Of a stretch of DNA of 64,000 bases, positions 19,118 to 29,908 are shown piece by piece. Origin of the DNA: an uncultured Desulfospira sp. (GTDB taxonomy: Bacteria; Desulfobacterota; Desulfobacteria; Desulfobacterales; Desulfobacteraceae); contig OY760175.1 of assembly GCA_963663165.1 (NCBI GenBank), positions 6,272,001-6,336,000 of the forward strand, written 5' to 3'. The notes under the pieces are model-generated. The model ran no database searches and had not been told where the DNA came from. It worked only from the letters and a program-made list of their open reading frames with translations. Position numbers and translations under genes: made by a program. Position 1 is the stretch's first letter, and each line of letters begins with the position of its first letter.

Positions 19118-22100
19118 TGATTAATTCTCCTTGACTGGTTGGGGCCTGTTTTTTCTTTTCACTGCGCCGTTCGATGAGGACAAAGAACAGGGGGACGTAA
19201 ATAATGGCCAGGGATGTGGCCGCCACCATCCCGCCGATGACCCCGATGCCGATGGCGTTCTGGGAGGCGGAGCCTGCCCCGTCGGATATGGCCAGGGGCG
19301 TTACCCCCAGGATAAATGCAAAGGAAGTCATCAAAATGGGGCGAAGCCTCAGCTCTGCCGCCATGACCGCCGACTGCACCAGTTCAGTCCCGCTTTCGTA
19401 AAGGCTTTTGGCAAATTCGACAATCAGGATGGCATTTTTGGATGCCAGGCCCACCGTGGTGAGCAGGGCGATCTGAAAATAGACGTCATTGCTTAATCCC
19501 GCCCATTTGGTGGCCGCAACCGAGCCGATAATGCCCAAGGGCACAATCAGCATGACCGAAAACGGGATGGACCAGGATTCGTAAAGGGCGGCCAGGCACA
19601 GGAACACAAATAAAAGGGAGATGGCATACAGCATGCCGCTCTGGGAGCCGGCCATGCGCTCTTCATAGGAGAGCCCGGTCCACTCCAGGGAGATTCCCCG
19701 GGGCAGCTTCTGGGCCAGATCCTCGATAATGGCCATGGCCTCGCCCGAGGAGACCCCCGGGGCCGGCGCGCCCAGGATCTCCACCGAGGAAGAGCCGTTA
19801 TACCGTTCCAGCCGGGGAGAGCCATAGGACCACTGCCCATAGGAGAATGAGGAAAACGGCACCATATCGCCTTGGGTGTTGCGCACATGCCACCGGTTAA
19901 TGTCTTCGGGCAGCATGCGCGATCCGGCATCGCCCTGGATATAGACCTTTTTTAGGCGGTTCCCGTCCATGAAGTCATTGACATAGGAGGAGCCCCAGGC
20001 GGTTTGCAGGACACTGGAAATGTTGGCCGTGGTGACGCCCAACGCCTCGGCTTTTTCATAGTCGATGGTCAGTTTGTACTGGGGCACATCGGACAGCCCG
20101 TTGGGCCGGACCCCCACCAGTTTGGGGTTCTGGGTGGCCATGCCCAGCATCTGGTTTCTGGCGTTCATCAGGGCGGTATGGCCCAAACCCGCCTGGTCCA
20201 CCAGCTCAAAGTCAAACCCGGTGGCGTCTCCCAAGGCCAGAATGGCCGGCGGGATAAAGGCATAGACCGAGGCATCCTTGATGCCGTACATGCGGGCCAT
20301 GGCGCGGCCGGCAACGGCGGCGGCCTTTTGATCGGGCCGATGGCGTTCGTCCCAGTCCGTGAGGTTGAGAAAGCCCATGGCCACATTCTGGCCCCGGCCC
20401 GAATGGCTGTATCCCACAACCGTGAACAGGCTTTGGACATTCTCTTTTTCCTGTTCCAGAAAATAGTCTTCCACCTGGTTGACGGATTTCTGGGTCCGTT
20501 CCATGGTGGCGCCCGGGGGGGCTGAAATCATGGTCATCATCATGCCCTGGTCTTCGTCGGGCAGGAACCCTGTGGGTATTCCCTTGAAAATATAGACCAG
20601 GCCCGCAATGATCAGGGCATAGATCAACAGAAACCGCAAGGCCCGGGTGGCCGCATACCGGACACTGGACTTATAGGCGGTTTTGGTTAAATTAAAGCCT
20701 TTGTTGAACCAGGCGAAAAAACCGCGCTTGTTTTCATGGTGTCCCTTTTGAACCGGTTTGAGCAGGGTGGCGCACAGGGCCGGGGTCAGGATCAGGGCCA
20801 CGAGAACGGACAGGGCCATGGCCGATACCAGGGTCAAGGAGAACTGCCGGTAAATGGCCCCGGTGGACCCGGAGAAAAAGGCCATGGGGATGAATACCGC
20901 CGACAGCACCATGGCAATGCCCACCAGGGCGCCGGTAATCTGGTCCATGGATTCCCGGGTGGCTTCCTTGGGCGGCTTGCCGGTTTCAGACATTACCCGT
21001 TCCACATTTTCCACCACAACAATGGCGTCATCCACCAAAAGACCGATGGCCAGGACCATGGCAAACATGGACAGGGTGTTGATACTGAATCCAAATGCCG
21101 ACAGCACCCCGAAGGTCCCGAGAAGGACCACAGGTACCGCAATGGTGGGGATCAGTGTGGCCCGAAAGCTTTGCAGGAACAGGTACATGACCAAAAAGAC
21201 CAGGACAATGGCCTCGATCAGGGTTTTGAGCACCTCTTCAATGGAGAGCCGGACAAAGGGGGTGGTATCGTAGGGGAAGATCACTTTGAGCCCCTCGGGC
21301 AGAAATTCGCTGAGCTCCCCGACTTTATCTTTGACCCGTTTGGCGGTATCCAGGGCGTTGGCGCCGGTGGCCAGGCTGATGGCCATGGCCGCGGCAGGCT
21401 TGCGGTTATACCGGGTGTTGAACCCATAGGTCTCCGGTCCCTTTTCCACTTGGGCCACATCCTTGACCCGGATCTGGGAACCGTCCGGGTTGACCTTGAC
21501 CAGGATTTTTTCAAAGTCTTCAACGGTCTGGAGTTTGGACTGGGCCGTCACAACGGCATTGAGCTGCTGGCCTTCAATGGCCGGGGCGCCGCCGAGCTGG
21601 CCTGATGAGACATCGGCGTTCCGGGCCTTGACGGCGGTCATGACATCCGAGGGCATGAGGTTAAAGGCGTTGAGTTTTTCCGGGTTGACCCAGATTCTCA
21701 TGGCGTACTGGGAACCGAACACCGTCAGGTCCCCCACCCCCTGGACCCGGGAGACCGGGTCGGCCATGTTGGATTTAAGATAATCGGAGATATCATCATC
21801 GCTCATGGTACCGTTATCGGAGTAGAGCCCTACCAGCAGCAGGAAACTGTCAGAGGCTTTCTGGACGGTCAGGCCCTGCTGTTGCACTTCCTGGGGCAGA
21901 AGGCTTTCAATTTTTGATATCTTGTTCTGCACCTGGACCTGGGCAATATCCGGGTCTGCTTCGGGCTCAAAGGTCAGGGTGATGGACAGCGAACCGCTGG
22001 AGTCGCTGGCCGAGCTGAAATACCGCAAATAATCAATACCGGTCAAAGACTGTTCAATGACCTGTGCCACACTGTCTTCCACCACCTGGGCCGAGGCCCC

Positions 22101-22250
22101 GGGATACATGGTGGAGATGGTAATGCTGGGCGGGGCGATTTCCGGATATTGTTCCACCGGGAGAGTGAGAACGGCAAAGAGCCCGGACAGCATGATGACA
22201 ATGGCGATAACCCATGCAAATATGGGACGATCTATAAAAAAACGTGACAT
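19107..22250 (-). CDS. acrB: RND efflux permease (AcrB/MexB HAE1 family)
   Basis: [14 protein letters not shown] start, [35 protein letters not shown]. Confidence 0.95.
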   Translation of the reverse strand: MSRFFIDRPIFAWVIAIVIMLSGLFAVLTLPVEQYPEIAPPSITISTMYPGASAQVVEDSVAQVIEQSLTGIDYLRYFSSASDSSGSLSITLTFEPEADPDIAQVQVQNKISKIESLLPQEVQQQGLTVQKASDSFLLLVGLYSDNGTMSDDDISDYLKSNMADPVSRVQGVGDLTVFGSQYAMRIWVNPEKLNAFNLMPSDVMTAVKARNADVSSGQLGGAPAIEGQQLNAVVTAQSKLQTVEDFEKILVKVNPDGSQIRVKDVAQVEKGPETYGFNTRYNRKPAAAMAISLATGANALDTAKRVKDKVGELSEFLPEGLKVIFPYDTTPFVRLSIEEVLKTLIEAIVLVFLVMYLFLQSFRATLIPTIAVPVVLLGTFGVLSAFGFSINTLSMFAMVLAIGLLVDDAIVVVENVERVMSETGKPPKEATRESMDQITGALVGIAMVLSAVFIPMAFFSGSTGAIYRQFSLTLVSAMALSVLVALILTPALCATLLKPVQKGHHENKRGFFAWFNKGFNLTKTAYKSSVRYAATRALRFLLIYALIIAGLVYIFKGIPTGFLPDEDQGMMMTMISAPPGATMERTQKSVNQVEDYFLEQEKENVQSLFTVVGYSHSGRGQNVAMGFLNLTDWDERHRPDQKAAAVAGRAMARMYGIKDASVYAFIPPAILALGDATGFDFELVDQAGLGHTALMNARNQMLGMATQNPKLVGVRPNGLSDVPQYKLTIDYEKAEALGVTTANISSVLQTAWGSSYVNDFMDGNRLKKVYIQGDAGSRMLPEDINRWHVRNTQGDMVPFSSFSYGQWSYGSPRLERYNGSSSVEILGAPAPGVSSGEAMAIIEDLAQKLPRGISLEWTGLSYEERMAGSQSGMLYAISLLFVFLCLAALYESWSIPFSVMLIVPLGIIGSVAATKWAGLSNDVYFQIALLTTVGLASKNAILIVEFAKSLYESGTELVQSAVMAAELRLRPILMTSFAFILGVTPLAISDGAGSASQNAIGIGVIGGMVAATSLAIIYVPLFFVLIERRSEKKKQAPTSQGELINVQ

Positions 22251-22265
22251 GGTTCTATCCTGGTA

Positions 22266-23480
22266 TCATGAGTTGGCGGAAGGGGCGAATTCCACGGGGG
22301 TGACCTTGGCCTGGGGGCTGATTTTCAGATGGCCTTCCACCACCACCCGGTCGCCGGGGGCAAGGCCCGAAGAGATTACCCACTGGTCCTTGACGGCCTG
22401 GGCAACGGTTACCGGTTTGGTGTTGACCGTATTGGCATCGTCCACCACCCATACCGATGTGGAGCCGTCGGCCTTTCGGGTGATGCATTGCTGGGGGATC
22501 ACAATGGCCTGATCCTGGCGGGACTGTTCCACCCGGGCCCTGACAAACAGGCCGGGTAAAAGGTCGTTGTCCGGATTGGGAAACAGGATGCGCAGCTGGA
22601 CCATGCCGGTGCTCTGGTCCACGGTGGCATCGGAGAACAGCAGTTTGCCCGGAAGGTCATAGGGGGTCCCCTCTTTGCCCACAAACAGGCTGACCATGGA
22701 CTGTTCTTCAGGGTTGTTCAGCCCTTTTTTCAGGGCCATCAGCTCTTCGCTGGACTGGTTGACATCCACATAAATCTGATCCAGGTTCTGGACTACCGCT
22801 AAGGCCGTTATCTGGTTGGCCGTCACCAGGGCCCCTTCGGTGACCGAGGATTTACCGATCCTGCCGGAAATAGGGGAGAACACCTTGGTATAGTCCAGAT
22901 TGATTTTCGCGGCTGCCAGATTCGCCTTTGCCACGGCCACATCGGCCCTGGCCTGGGCCAGGGCGGCCACGGTATCGTCGTAGACCTGGCGGCTGACCCC
23001 GCCGATTTTTACCAGGTTTTCGTACCGTTTTAATTTGGGTTCCACGGCCGTTACATCGGCTTTGGCCCTTTCAAGACCGGCCGCAGCCGAATCATAGGCC
23101 GCCTTGTAAGTGGCCGGATCAATCTGGTAAAGCTGCTGTCCTTTTTTAACCAGGCTTCCCTGGGTAAACAGCCGCTCAAGGATAATGCCCGAGACCTGGG
23201 GCCTGATCTCCGCCACCTGGTATGCTGCGGTCCTTCCGGCAAGGTCTTTGGTGAAAATCGCCTCCTGGGGAACAACCGTGTAGACGGACACCTCTACCGG
23301 GGGACGGGCAGGGGCGGCTGCCTGCGCGGGGGCTTGGTTCCCGGGCTCGGCCTTTTGATCGCCGGCTGTGGCTGATTTTTGAACCAGCTGAATGTCAGGC
23401 AGTTCACCTGCATAATGCAAATAAGCACCGCCCACAAGCAGGGCTGCGGCAAATCCAAGCAAAAAACGCTTCATCTTCAT
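22266..23480 (-). CDS. acrA: RND membrane-fusion protein (AcrA/MexA family)
   Basis: AEIRPQVSGI, LYQIDPATY, SPISGRIGKS, LLPGLFVRA. Confidence 0.92.
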   Translation of the reverse strand: MKMKRFLLGFAAALLVGGAYLHYAGELPDIQLVQKSATAGDQKAEPGNQAPAQAAAPARPPVEVSVYTVVPQEAIFTKDLAGRTAAYQVAEIRPQVSGIILERLFTQGSLVKKGQQLYQIDPATYKAAYDSAAAGLERAKADVTAVEPKLKRYENLVKIGGVSRQVYDDTVAALAQARADVAVAKANLAAAKINLDYTKVFSPISGRIGKSSVTEGALVTANQITALAVVQNLDQIYVDVNQSSEELMALKKGLNNPEEQSMVSLFVGKEGTPYDLPGKLLFSDATVDQSTGMVQLRILFPNPDNDLLPGLFVRARVEQSRQDQAIVIPQQCITRKADGSTSVWVVDDANTVNTKPVTVAQAVKDQWVISSGLAPGDRVVVEGHLKISPQAKVTPVEFAPSANS

Positions 23481-24079
23481 TTCTCCTGTTTCTTGAGTAT
23501 GCTCCTGTCTAAAAGACAGATGATATCTTTTTTAAAGGCTTCGATGTCCGTAATGGGTTCCTCCCGGTACCCTAAGGACTCCATGGGGCCGATCACGGCG
23601 CCAAAGATCATGGCCGCCATGACATAGGGGTCCATATTGACGAAATCGCCTGAAACCATGCCTTTTTTGCAGACCTTTACCAAAGGCAGGATGGTCAGCG
23701 ACATCTTTTCATCGGTGGCTTCGGCTGCAGACCGCTGGCTTTGGATAAATTTAAAATAAAGGGGGTACTCCTTATGGAAGTTAAACACATTCTCCACAAA
23801 GGTGTAAAGTTTTTCCATGGGACGGATGGATTGTCCGAACAACTGGTCGGCCCCGTTTTTGATGGGAAAGATCACCGCTTCATGGACAAAGGAGAGCAGG
23901 GCTTTTTTATTCTTAAAATAGTTGTACAATGTGCCTTTTGATACCCCGCACTGTGCGGCGACGTCATCCATGGTCAAGGGCTGGTCCTCATGGATCATGG
24001 ACAAAACGGTTTTCACCACTTCCTCTTTGATCAGCCGGTCCATCAGTTCTTTTCTTTTTGTGGGCGTTTTCATGGCCAC
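23477..24079 (-). CDS. TetR/AcrR family transcriptional regulator
   Basis: TMDDVAAQCGVSKGTLYNYFKNK helix-turn-helix; first gene of the pump operon. Confidence 0.92.
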   Translation of the reverse strand: MAMKTPTKRKELMDRLIKEEVVKTVLSMIHEDQPLTMDDVAAQCGVSKGTLYNYFKNKKALLSFVHEAVIFPIKNGADQLFGQSIRPMEKLYTFVENVFNFHKEYPLYFKFIQSQRSAAEATDEKMSLTILPLVKVCKKGMVSGDFVNMDPYVMAAMIFGAVIGPMESLGYREEPITDIEAFKKDIICLLDRSILKKQEK

Positions 24080-24170
24080 TCCCTTTTTGTTTAACCCGTC
24101 GTAAATGTCTTGGCCGTTTTAACTGGAAACCCCAATAAAAAAAAATTTTTTGACCATTGAAACTAAAAAA

Positions 24171-24186
24171 TTGACTCAACGGTCAA
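24171..24186. promoter_or_regulatory. Candidate TetR operator TTGAC-N6-GTCAA
   Basis: Palindrome TTGACTCAACGGTCAA about 90 bp upstream of tetR, with further TTGAC half-sites at ~24150 and 24191. Confidence 0.55.
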
Positions 24187-24380
24187 AAAATTGACTTTCA
24201 AGTATAATAATTGCTGCAGGGCCTTTTGTCAAGGTGTTTTTAAGGGGCTGCTTGGGCAACCGTTATTTATAATTCGGTATGGTACTGGGGGGCGTAAAAT
24301 TTATAATATTCCGGCCTGGATAGTCGAAATCGAAATCGTTATCGAAATCGAGGGAATCTTGAAACCAACTTTGATTTTGG

Positions 24381-24427
24381 GTTGGAGCGGGCCATGCCCG
24401 CGATTCGCGGACATGGCCCGCTCCAAC
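24381..24427. repeat. REP hairpin, family C
   Basis: GTTGGAGCGGGCCATG.CCGCGA/TCGCGG.CATGGCCCGCTCCAAC stem; second copy at ~40849-40899. Confidence 0.75.
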
Positions 24428-24489
24428 ACGGCGATGTTTCATACCCCTGTTTAAACCGGCACCCGGCGAATTCAATTATATTCGATTAA

Positions 24490-24578
24490 CGGCCATGGGC
24501 GGTTCTTGGTTATCCAACCAAGAACCGCCCACAACAAATATTGAAAGAACTCAAAAGGTTGCTGAGTCTTTCATATAA
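24490..24578 (-). repeat. MITE-like dispersed repeat, family B (inverted copy)
   Basis: Reverse complement aligns with 17193-17285; internal hairpin GGGCGGTTCTTGGTT/AACCAAGAACCGCCC. Confidence 0.7.
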
Positions 24579-25170
24579 AAGATTATTATAAATTCAGGTA
24601 TTCCAGAGATCCCCCGTTAAAAATCATCGGACAATCTTCAAATTGTCATTGGGTTTGGAAAAAACCAGTTTCACCCAGCGGTTGATACACCGGGGTTCTT
24701 CCCCCTAGTATGGAGGATAATGGCCTTTTTATCCAGCAGCCCGCTTTGTATGGCCTGGCCGGTTAGGAAAATGTTTTCATAACATTAGGAAAAAGTTTTC
24801 CAAAAATTATAACATTAATTACCCAATGAACCATGGGAAATGCCACGCCAAATGATATTCAGTCAATGATTTGGGATTATTTTTATCGGAAAATGTTTTA
24901 ATACCAGTATGATCAAAAAATATCTATGAGAAACACAATCGCCCATAAAGTATCAGGAATAAATTTTGCTTGCTCTATTATACCGGAACAGGCGTGCCTG
25001 TTCCAACCGGTTTGCAATGTATCCGCACGGACGACCGGACTGTCATTCATGGTTTGGCCCATCTGAACCCGGAAAGTTGTGTAAAAATTGAAACGTTGAA
25101 TAAGTCATTTATGATCATGGAGGACATGCCGGGTGCGGCCATGCCCTCAAAGCTCAAGGAGGGACATGGA

Positions 25171-28100
25171 ATGAAACCCCATCTGTTATTATTTAATTTT
25201 TTGCGCACCCTGCCGGCGGTGGTCGCCGCAGGGCTGTTGATGATTTCTACCGCACAGGCAGGTATAACAACCAGCGGAGGCATATCTCCGAGCAATCTCG
25301 CTGATTGGAACGCTTCAACTGATGCTTATATCGGTTGGTATGGCAGCGGGTCACTGTCCATTACCGGGGACGATTCGTTAGCTGCCTGTAACCTTAATGT
25401 GGGATACGACTCAGAAGGAACCGTGACCGTTGACGGCGCTGGCTCAATTTTGAGTGTCAGTGAATATCTTGAAGTGATTAAAGGAACGTTATCCATCACA
25501 GGCGGGGCTTCATTGGAAAGTCAATATGCCAGTATCAGAAAAGCCACCAGCAGCTATGCCGCAACGGTAACCGTCAGCGGCACCGGTTCCTCCTGGACCA
25601 ACACCAGTTATCTTACAATAGACGGCGGAATACTCAATATATGGGACAACGCAACAGTTGAAGTTTCAGGTTCTACAACGGTCTATGAAGATGGCAGTAT
25701 CAATTTCGGGGACTCTGAGGGCGGCACATTAACCACCGGCACCCTGTACGCCGGCGCATCCCAATTGTCAGGCAGCGGAACCATCAATGCCGCCGGCATC
25801 CTTACCGACGCTGCCCTTGTTTTTGACAGGGACCATGGCACGACACAAACCTTCACGATAGGTGATGTGACCATCAACTTGAGTCTGGTTGATTCCGGTG
25901 ATTCTGTTGAGTTAGGTGATTTAGTAAATTCCATTGCCCTTGGGGTCGGTTACCTTGGAGATGGCAGCCTGACCATTTCGGAGGGCGTGGCCGTGACTTC
26001 GGATTATGGCTACCTGGGATATGGTGAAGGCGCCAACGGTGTGGCTGTAATTACGGGTGAAGGTTCGAGCTGGACCGTTGGGTATGAACTGACGGTGGGG
26101 TCAAACGGCACCGGATCCCTGACCGTTCAAAATGGCGGGTCACTAACGAGTGGATATGCTTATGTCGATTGGTCAGCCGATGACCAAGTCAGCAGTGTCA
26201 CCGTCACGGGTGATAATTCTTCCTGGGTCAGCGATTACATCTATCTGGGCAATGAAGGCGGCACGGGAACCCTTGACATTCGTGACAGTGGCTCGGTGAC
26301 AACTGACTATATGTATGTCGGCAATGGCTCTACCGGAATACTGACAGTCGATGATGCAACATTGGAGAGCTTTTATCTTGCCGCGGGCTTCAACGACGGC
26401 ACCGGCACGCTGACCATTCAAAATGGCGGGTATGTGTCAAGCATGTATGTTTCCATAGGCGATGAATATGAAGAATATGAGAATACCAGCGGAGCCGTGA
26501 CGGTTAAAGATGCCGGATCTAAATTGAAGGCCACCAATCTTGATGTCGGCAATTACGGAACCCTTAATATTCTCAGTGGTGCAGAGGTCTCGGTCTCCGA
26601 GGAAACCATGGTGTCTGAGAAAGGAAACATCAATTTTGGGGACAGCGGCGGTACGTTGACCACCGGTACCCTGTACGCCGGAACATCCCAGTTGTCGGGC
26701 ACCGGCACAATCAATACTTCAGGAATTGTTTCCGATATTGACCTCACCTTTGACAGTACTCATGGCACGACACAGTCCTTCAAGTCTGATGACGTAACCA
26801 TCAACCTTACCCAGGACGCTTCCGGCGATCTCGGGGCTGGCTATTTGGGGAATGCCACCCTTACTATAGACGGCTTGGACATTGTTTCGGACAACGGCTA
26901 TCTTGGCTATTTTAGCGGTTCAAGCGGTACGGCTGATGTTGACGGGGAGGATTCCTCCTGGACTACCAATTACCTTTATGTGGGTTATGAGGGTGAAGGG
27001 GTCCTGAATATTTTAAATGGCGCAATGGTAACGGTTTCCAAGGAAACCGTCCTGGGCGATCAGGGAAGTATCAATTTCGGGGAAAACGGGGGAACGTTGA
27101 CCACCGGCACCCTGTACGCCGCGACATCCCAGTTGTCAGGCACCGGCACAATCAATACGTCAGGGATCATTTCCGATATAGACCTTGTTTTTGACAGCAG
27201 CTATGACGGTATCACCCAGTCTTTTACCTCAGATGGCATCACCATCAACTTGAGCCTGGATGATTCCAGCATCCTTGGTGTCGGATACAAGGGAGAGGGC
27301 TCGCTTACCGTTACGGGCGGCGTGTCTGTTGCTTCGGATGACGTTTATCTGGGGTACTCTTCCGGGTCAAAGGGGATGGCCTCTGTTAACGGGGCCGGTT
27401 CCATCCTGGTCAACAGCGACTATTTTTTTGTAGGCTACGCAGGTGAAGGAAGCCTTTCCATCACAAATGGCGGGTCGGTCGTATCCGGATTATCCCAATA
27501 TGATATTTCTGCGATCGGGTACCAATACGGTTCCAAGGGTGCGGCTACCGTTAACGGCGCTGGTTCTACCTGGGTTAACAGCGGCTACCTGAATTTGTAC
27601 AGCGGCACCCTTTCCATCAGCGACGGCGGTCAGGTGAGTGCCAACAGAGTCTATATCTATAGCGGATCGACCGCAACCGTGGATGTGAACAGCTCTCTTA
27701 AAGCGGGGACAGCGGATAATGACTGGAGCGGCACCCTTTATAACAGAGGAACCATCCGCCTGGTGGCGGGGGCAGGCGCAGCGGCTTCCGATACCTATAC
27801 CCCTTTGTCCTATGGGACGTTAAGTAACTACGGCAGTTTTGAGGTTCTGGGCGGTGTATGGGATGCTGGTACAAAGACCGTCAAGGTCTCTGATGCGGTT
27901 GCGGCAGGCAATGGTGAAGAAGCCTCCGTGACGCTGTCCGAATCCCAGCGGGTTCTGGTTACCGACACCAGTACCGGGAAATCTGCCGGTGCCGCTTTCC
28001 TGGCCGCTGACACAACCATCAGCCTGACCGCCACCCTTCTGGGCGAAGCTGATCTTGACTCCCTTGAGACCCTTGTTGCTGAAACTGACGAAGCCGCAAC

Positions 28101-28428
28101 GGTTCTGTCAGCCTGGCAATTTTCATTGGGAGAAGGGGATGATTATGACGATGCGGTTTATCTGTCCCTGTTTGCTGAAGGGGCAACCGACGTCCTTGAT
28201 CTGATCATCTGGTATCTTTCCGATGAGGATGGATGGGTTGAATACGACGCTGCAGACCTGGCTTTTGACAACACCTATGCCAGCTTCGCCGTCACTGAAC
28301 TTGGCACTTACGCGGTAAGCGCCGTCACATCCGCCGTGCCCGTTCCGGGAGCTGTCTTTCTCTTAGGCTCAGGCATTCTGGCGCTGGCGGGCCTGAAAAG
28401 ACGGAAAAACAGACATGAAAATTGCTGA
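25171..28428 (+). CDS. Large acidic Gly/Ser/Thr-rich secreted repeat protein with VPxP-CTERM (PEP-CTERM-like) sorting signal
   Basis: RBS AAGGAGG before ATG 25171; signal peptide ending AQA; repeated VGxxGxGxLxIxxGG-type units and 3x INFG..GGTLTTGTLYA; C-terminal VPVPGAVFLLGSGILALAGLKRRK. Confidence 0.85.
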   Translation: MKPHLLLFNFLRTLPAVVAAGLLMISTAQAGITTSGGISPSNLADWNASTDAYIGWYGSGSLSITGDDSLAACNLNVGYDSEGTVTVDGAGSILSVSEYLEVIKGTLSITGGASLESQYASIRKATSSYAATVTVSGTGSSWTNTSYLTIDGGILNIWDNATVEVSGSTTVYEDGSINFGDSEGGTLTTGTLYAGASQLSGSGTINAAGILTDAALVFDRDHGTTQTFTIGDVTINLSLVDSGDSVELGDLVNSIALGVGYLGDGSLTISEGVAVTSDYGYLGYGEGANGVAVITGEGSSWTVGYELTVGSNGTGSLTVQNGGSLTSGYAYVDWSADDQVSSVTVTGDNSSWVSDYIYLGNEGGTGTLDIRDSGSVTTDYMYVGNGSTGILTVDDATLESFYLAAGFNDGTGTLTIQNGGYVSSMYVSIGDEYEEYENTSGAVTVKDAGSKLKATNLDVGNYGTLNILSGAEVSVSEETMVSEKGNINFGDSGGTLTTGTLYAGTSQLSGTGTINTSGIVSDIDLTFDSTHGTTQSFKSDDVTINLTQDASGDLGAGYLGNATLTIDGLDIVSDNGYLGYFSGSSGTADVDGEDSSWTTNYLYVGYEGEGVLNILNGAMVTVSKETVLGDQGSINFGENGGTLTTGTLYAATSQLSGTGTINTSGIISDIDLVFDSSYDGITQSFTSDGITINLSLDDSSILGVGYKGEGSLTVTGGVSVASDDVYLGYSSGSKGMASVNGAGSILVNSDYFFVGYAGEGSLSITNGGSVVSGLSQYDISAIGYQYGSKGAATVNGAGSTWVNSGYLNLYSGTLSISDGGQVSANRVYIYSGSTATVDVNSSLKAGTADNDWSGTLYNRGTIRLVAGAGAAASDTYTPLSYGTLSNYGSFEVLGGVWDAGTKTVKVSDAVAAGNGEEASVTLSESQRVLVTDTSTGKSAGAAFLAADTTISLTATLLGEADLDSLETLVAETDEAATVLSAWQFSLGEGDDYDDAVYLSLFAEGATDVLDLIIWYLSDEDGWVEYDAADLAFDNTYASFAVTELGTYAVSAVTSAVPVPGAVFLLGSGILALAGLKRRKNRHENC

Positions 28429-28552
28429 GCATATAACAAACAGCGGCTTAAGTTCGTGTACCCTTAAGCCGCCGGTGTTGTTCAGCCTGGTAAAACAATG
28501 AATGGCTGTTGAGCCATATAAACGAAAGAAACGAATAAGATTTAAGGAGATT

Positions 28553-29188
28553 ATGAAAATGAAAACAATTAAGGTTTTTCTACTGGCGTCTATTCTGCTG
28601 TTAGGGGCGTGCATGACATCGGCATATGCCATAATGGCTGCTGATTATATCAGTGTCACTGAAGACTGGAGTGGCCTGTATGATGTCAATTTTACAATAA
28701 CAAGCAGTTACGATGATATAACCGCTTTTGCAGTGGGGACGAACTATTCTTATAATTTCGGTGCCAAAATTGAAATTGTAGACGGGTGCGAAATTCCATC
28801 TGACTGGCAAGCCCTGGCGGTTGTTAAAGATCAAAATAACGGGTGGCAGAGTGTTGAATACGTTTACAATTTTGAAACATTGGGAATTGAGGTTGTCACA
28901 ACCCAGCTGACCGGCACCATTCTGGATCTTATGAATGCTTTAGACAGCGAATATACCAGCGCATTTTTATATTACGGCACCACGGCACTTAAGGCTGATG
29001 TTACTTTTTCCGGGTTTGTTGGTAAAGTTTACGGTGAAGATTCTGCCTATGTTGCCCTGCGGTCACTTTCAGACGGGACCACCAGTATCCTGACCGGGGA
29101 AACCACTACCACTGTCCCTGTGCCAGGCGCGGCCGTTCTGCTTCTCAGCGGCATGATCGCACTTGCCGGCACCTGCCGTACGCGTTAA
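28553..29188 (+). CDS. Secreted protein with VPxP-CTERM sorting signal
   Basis: RBS AAGGAG; signal peptide ending AYA; C-terminal VPVPGAAVLLLSGMIALAGTCRTR. Confidence 0.85.
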   Translation: MKMKTIKVFLLASILLLGACMTSAYAIMAADYISVTEDWSGLYDVNFTITSSYDDITAFAVGTNYSYNFGAKIEIVDGCEIPSDWQALAVVKDQNNGWQSVEYVYNFETLGIEVVTTQLTGTILDLMNALDSEYTSAFLYYGTTALKADVTFSGFVGKVYGEDSAYVALRSLSDGTTSILTGETTTTVPVPGAAVLLLSGMIALAGTCRTR

Positions 29189-29218
29189 TTTCTTCGGCGT
29201 CATTTTATAATTATTAAA

Positions 29219-29256
29219 AAAAGGGGGCGTATGCTTTTGCAGCATACGCCCCCTTT
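29219..29256. terminator. Intrinsic terminator hairpin
   Basis: AAAGGGGGCGTATGCT-loop-AGCATACGCCCCCTTT downstream of the CTERM gene pair. Confidence 0.8.
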
Positions 29257-29318
29257 GCTGTTTTGTATGATGGTCTGACCTTACTGTCAGTCGGGTATCT
29301 AACCAAAATCTAATCCCC

Positions 29319-29348
29319 TTGACAAGAAGCGGCGGGCAGGGCTATAGC
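29319..29348 (+). promoter_or_regulatory. Possible sigma70 promoter for usp
   Basis: TTGACA-N18-TATAGC. Confidence 0.45.
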
Positions 29349-29404
29349 ACCAGGACATGAATTAAGGAAGACCTGATAACGCAACCCATAAAAAGGATGC
29401 AAGC

Positions 29405-29863
29405 ATGGAAGAGTTTAAACAGATTTTATACCCGGTGTCACTCACGGAAATTTCGCCCAAGGTGGCCCCCTATGTGGTGACCCTTGCCCGGCAGCTGGAT
29501 GCAACGGTTCATTTGCTGCATGTGCTGCGGCCGTTGGATATGCTGGTGGACACCTATGTCCTGGACCCGCCAAAGCCTGACTTCAAACAGATTGCCAGCG
29601 ATTTTGACAGCCACATATCTGCCCAGGCCCGGGCCAGGCTGTCGGCCTTTGAGAAAAAATATTTAAGCGGGACACCCGTGGCCCGGTCCACGGTGGTCTC
29701 CGGCACCCATTATAAAGAAATTTTAAGTTATGCCGAGGCCAATGGCGTGGACCTTATTGTCATGGGAACCGGCACCCGCATACAGAACATGGTCTTTGGC
29801 TCGGTGGCCGACAAAGTGTCCAAGCTCTCACCGGTCCCGGTGATGCTGATCAAATGTTCGTAA
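29405..29863 (+). CDS. Universal stress protein (UspA family)
   Basis: ILYPVSL, LLHV, DLIVMGT, FGSVADKV...PVMLI. Confidence 0.9.
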   Translation: MEEFKQILYPVSLTEISPKVAPYVVTLARQLDATVHLLHVLRPLDMLVDTYVLDPPKPDFKQIASDFDSHISAQARARLSAFEKKYLSGTPVARSTVVSGTHYKEILSYAEANGVDLIVMGTGTRIQNMVFGSVADKVSKLSPVPVMLIKCS

Positions 29864-29908
29864 GTTTAAAATGACCCAACGGTAAATTGTATTCTTTGGA
29901 GAGATGAT

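Noticed and set aside
20736..21605. Long antisense ORFs, here and at 41119-42024 and 44996-45787
   Set aside because: Shadows of well-supported GC-rich genes on the opposite strand
24970..25170. Long N-terminal extension of the large CTERM protein
   Set aside because: Strong RBS and signal peptide point to ATG 25171
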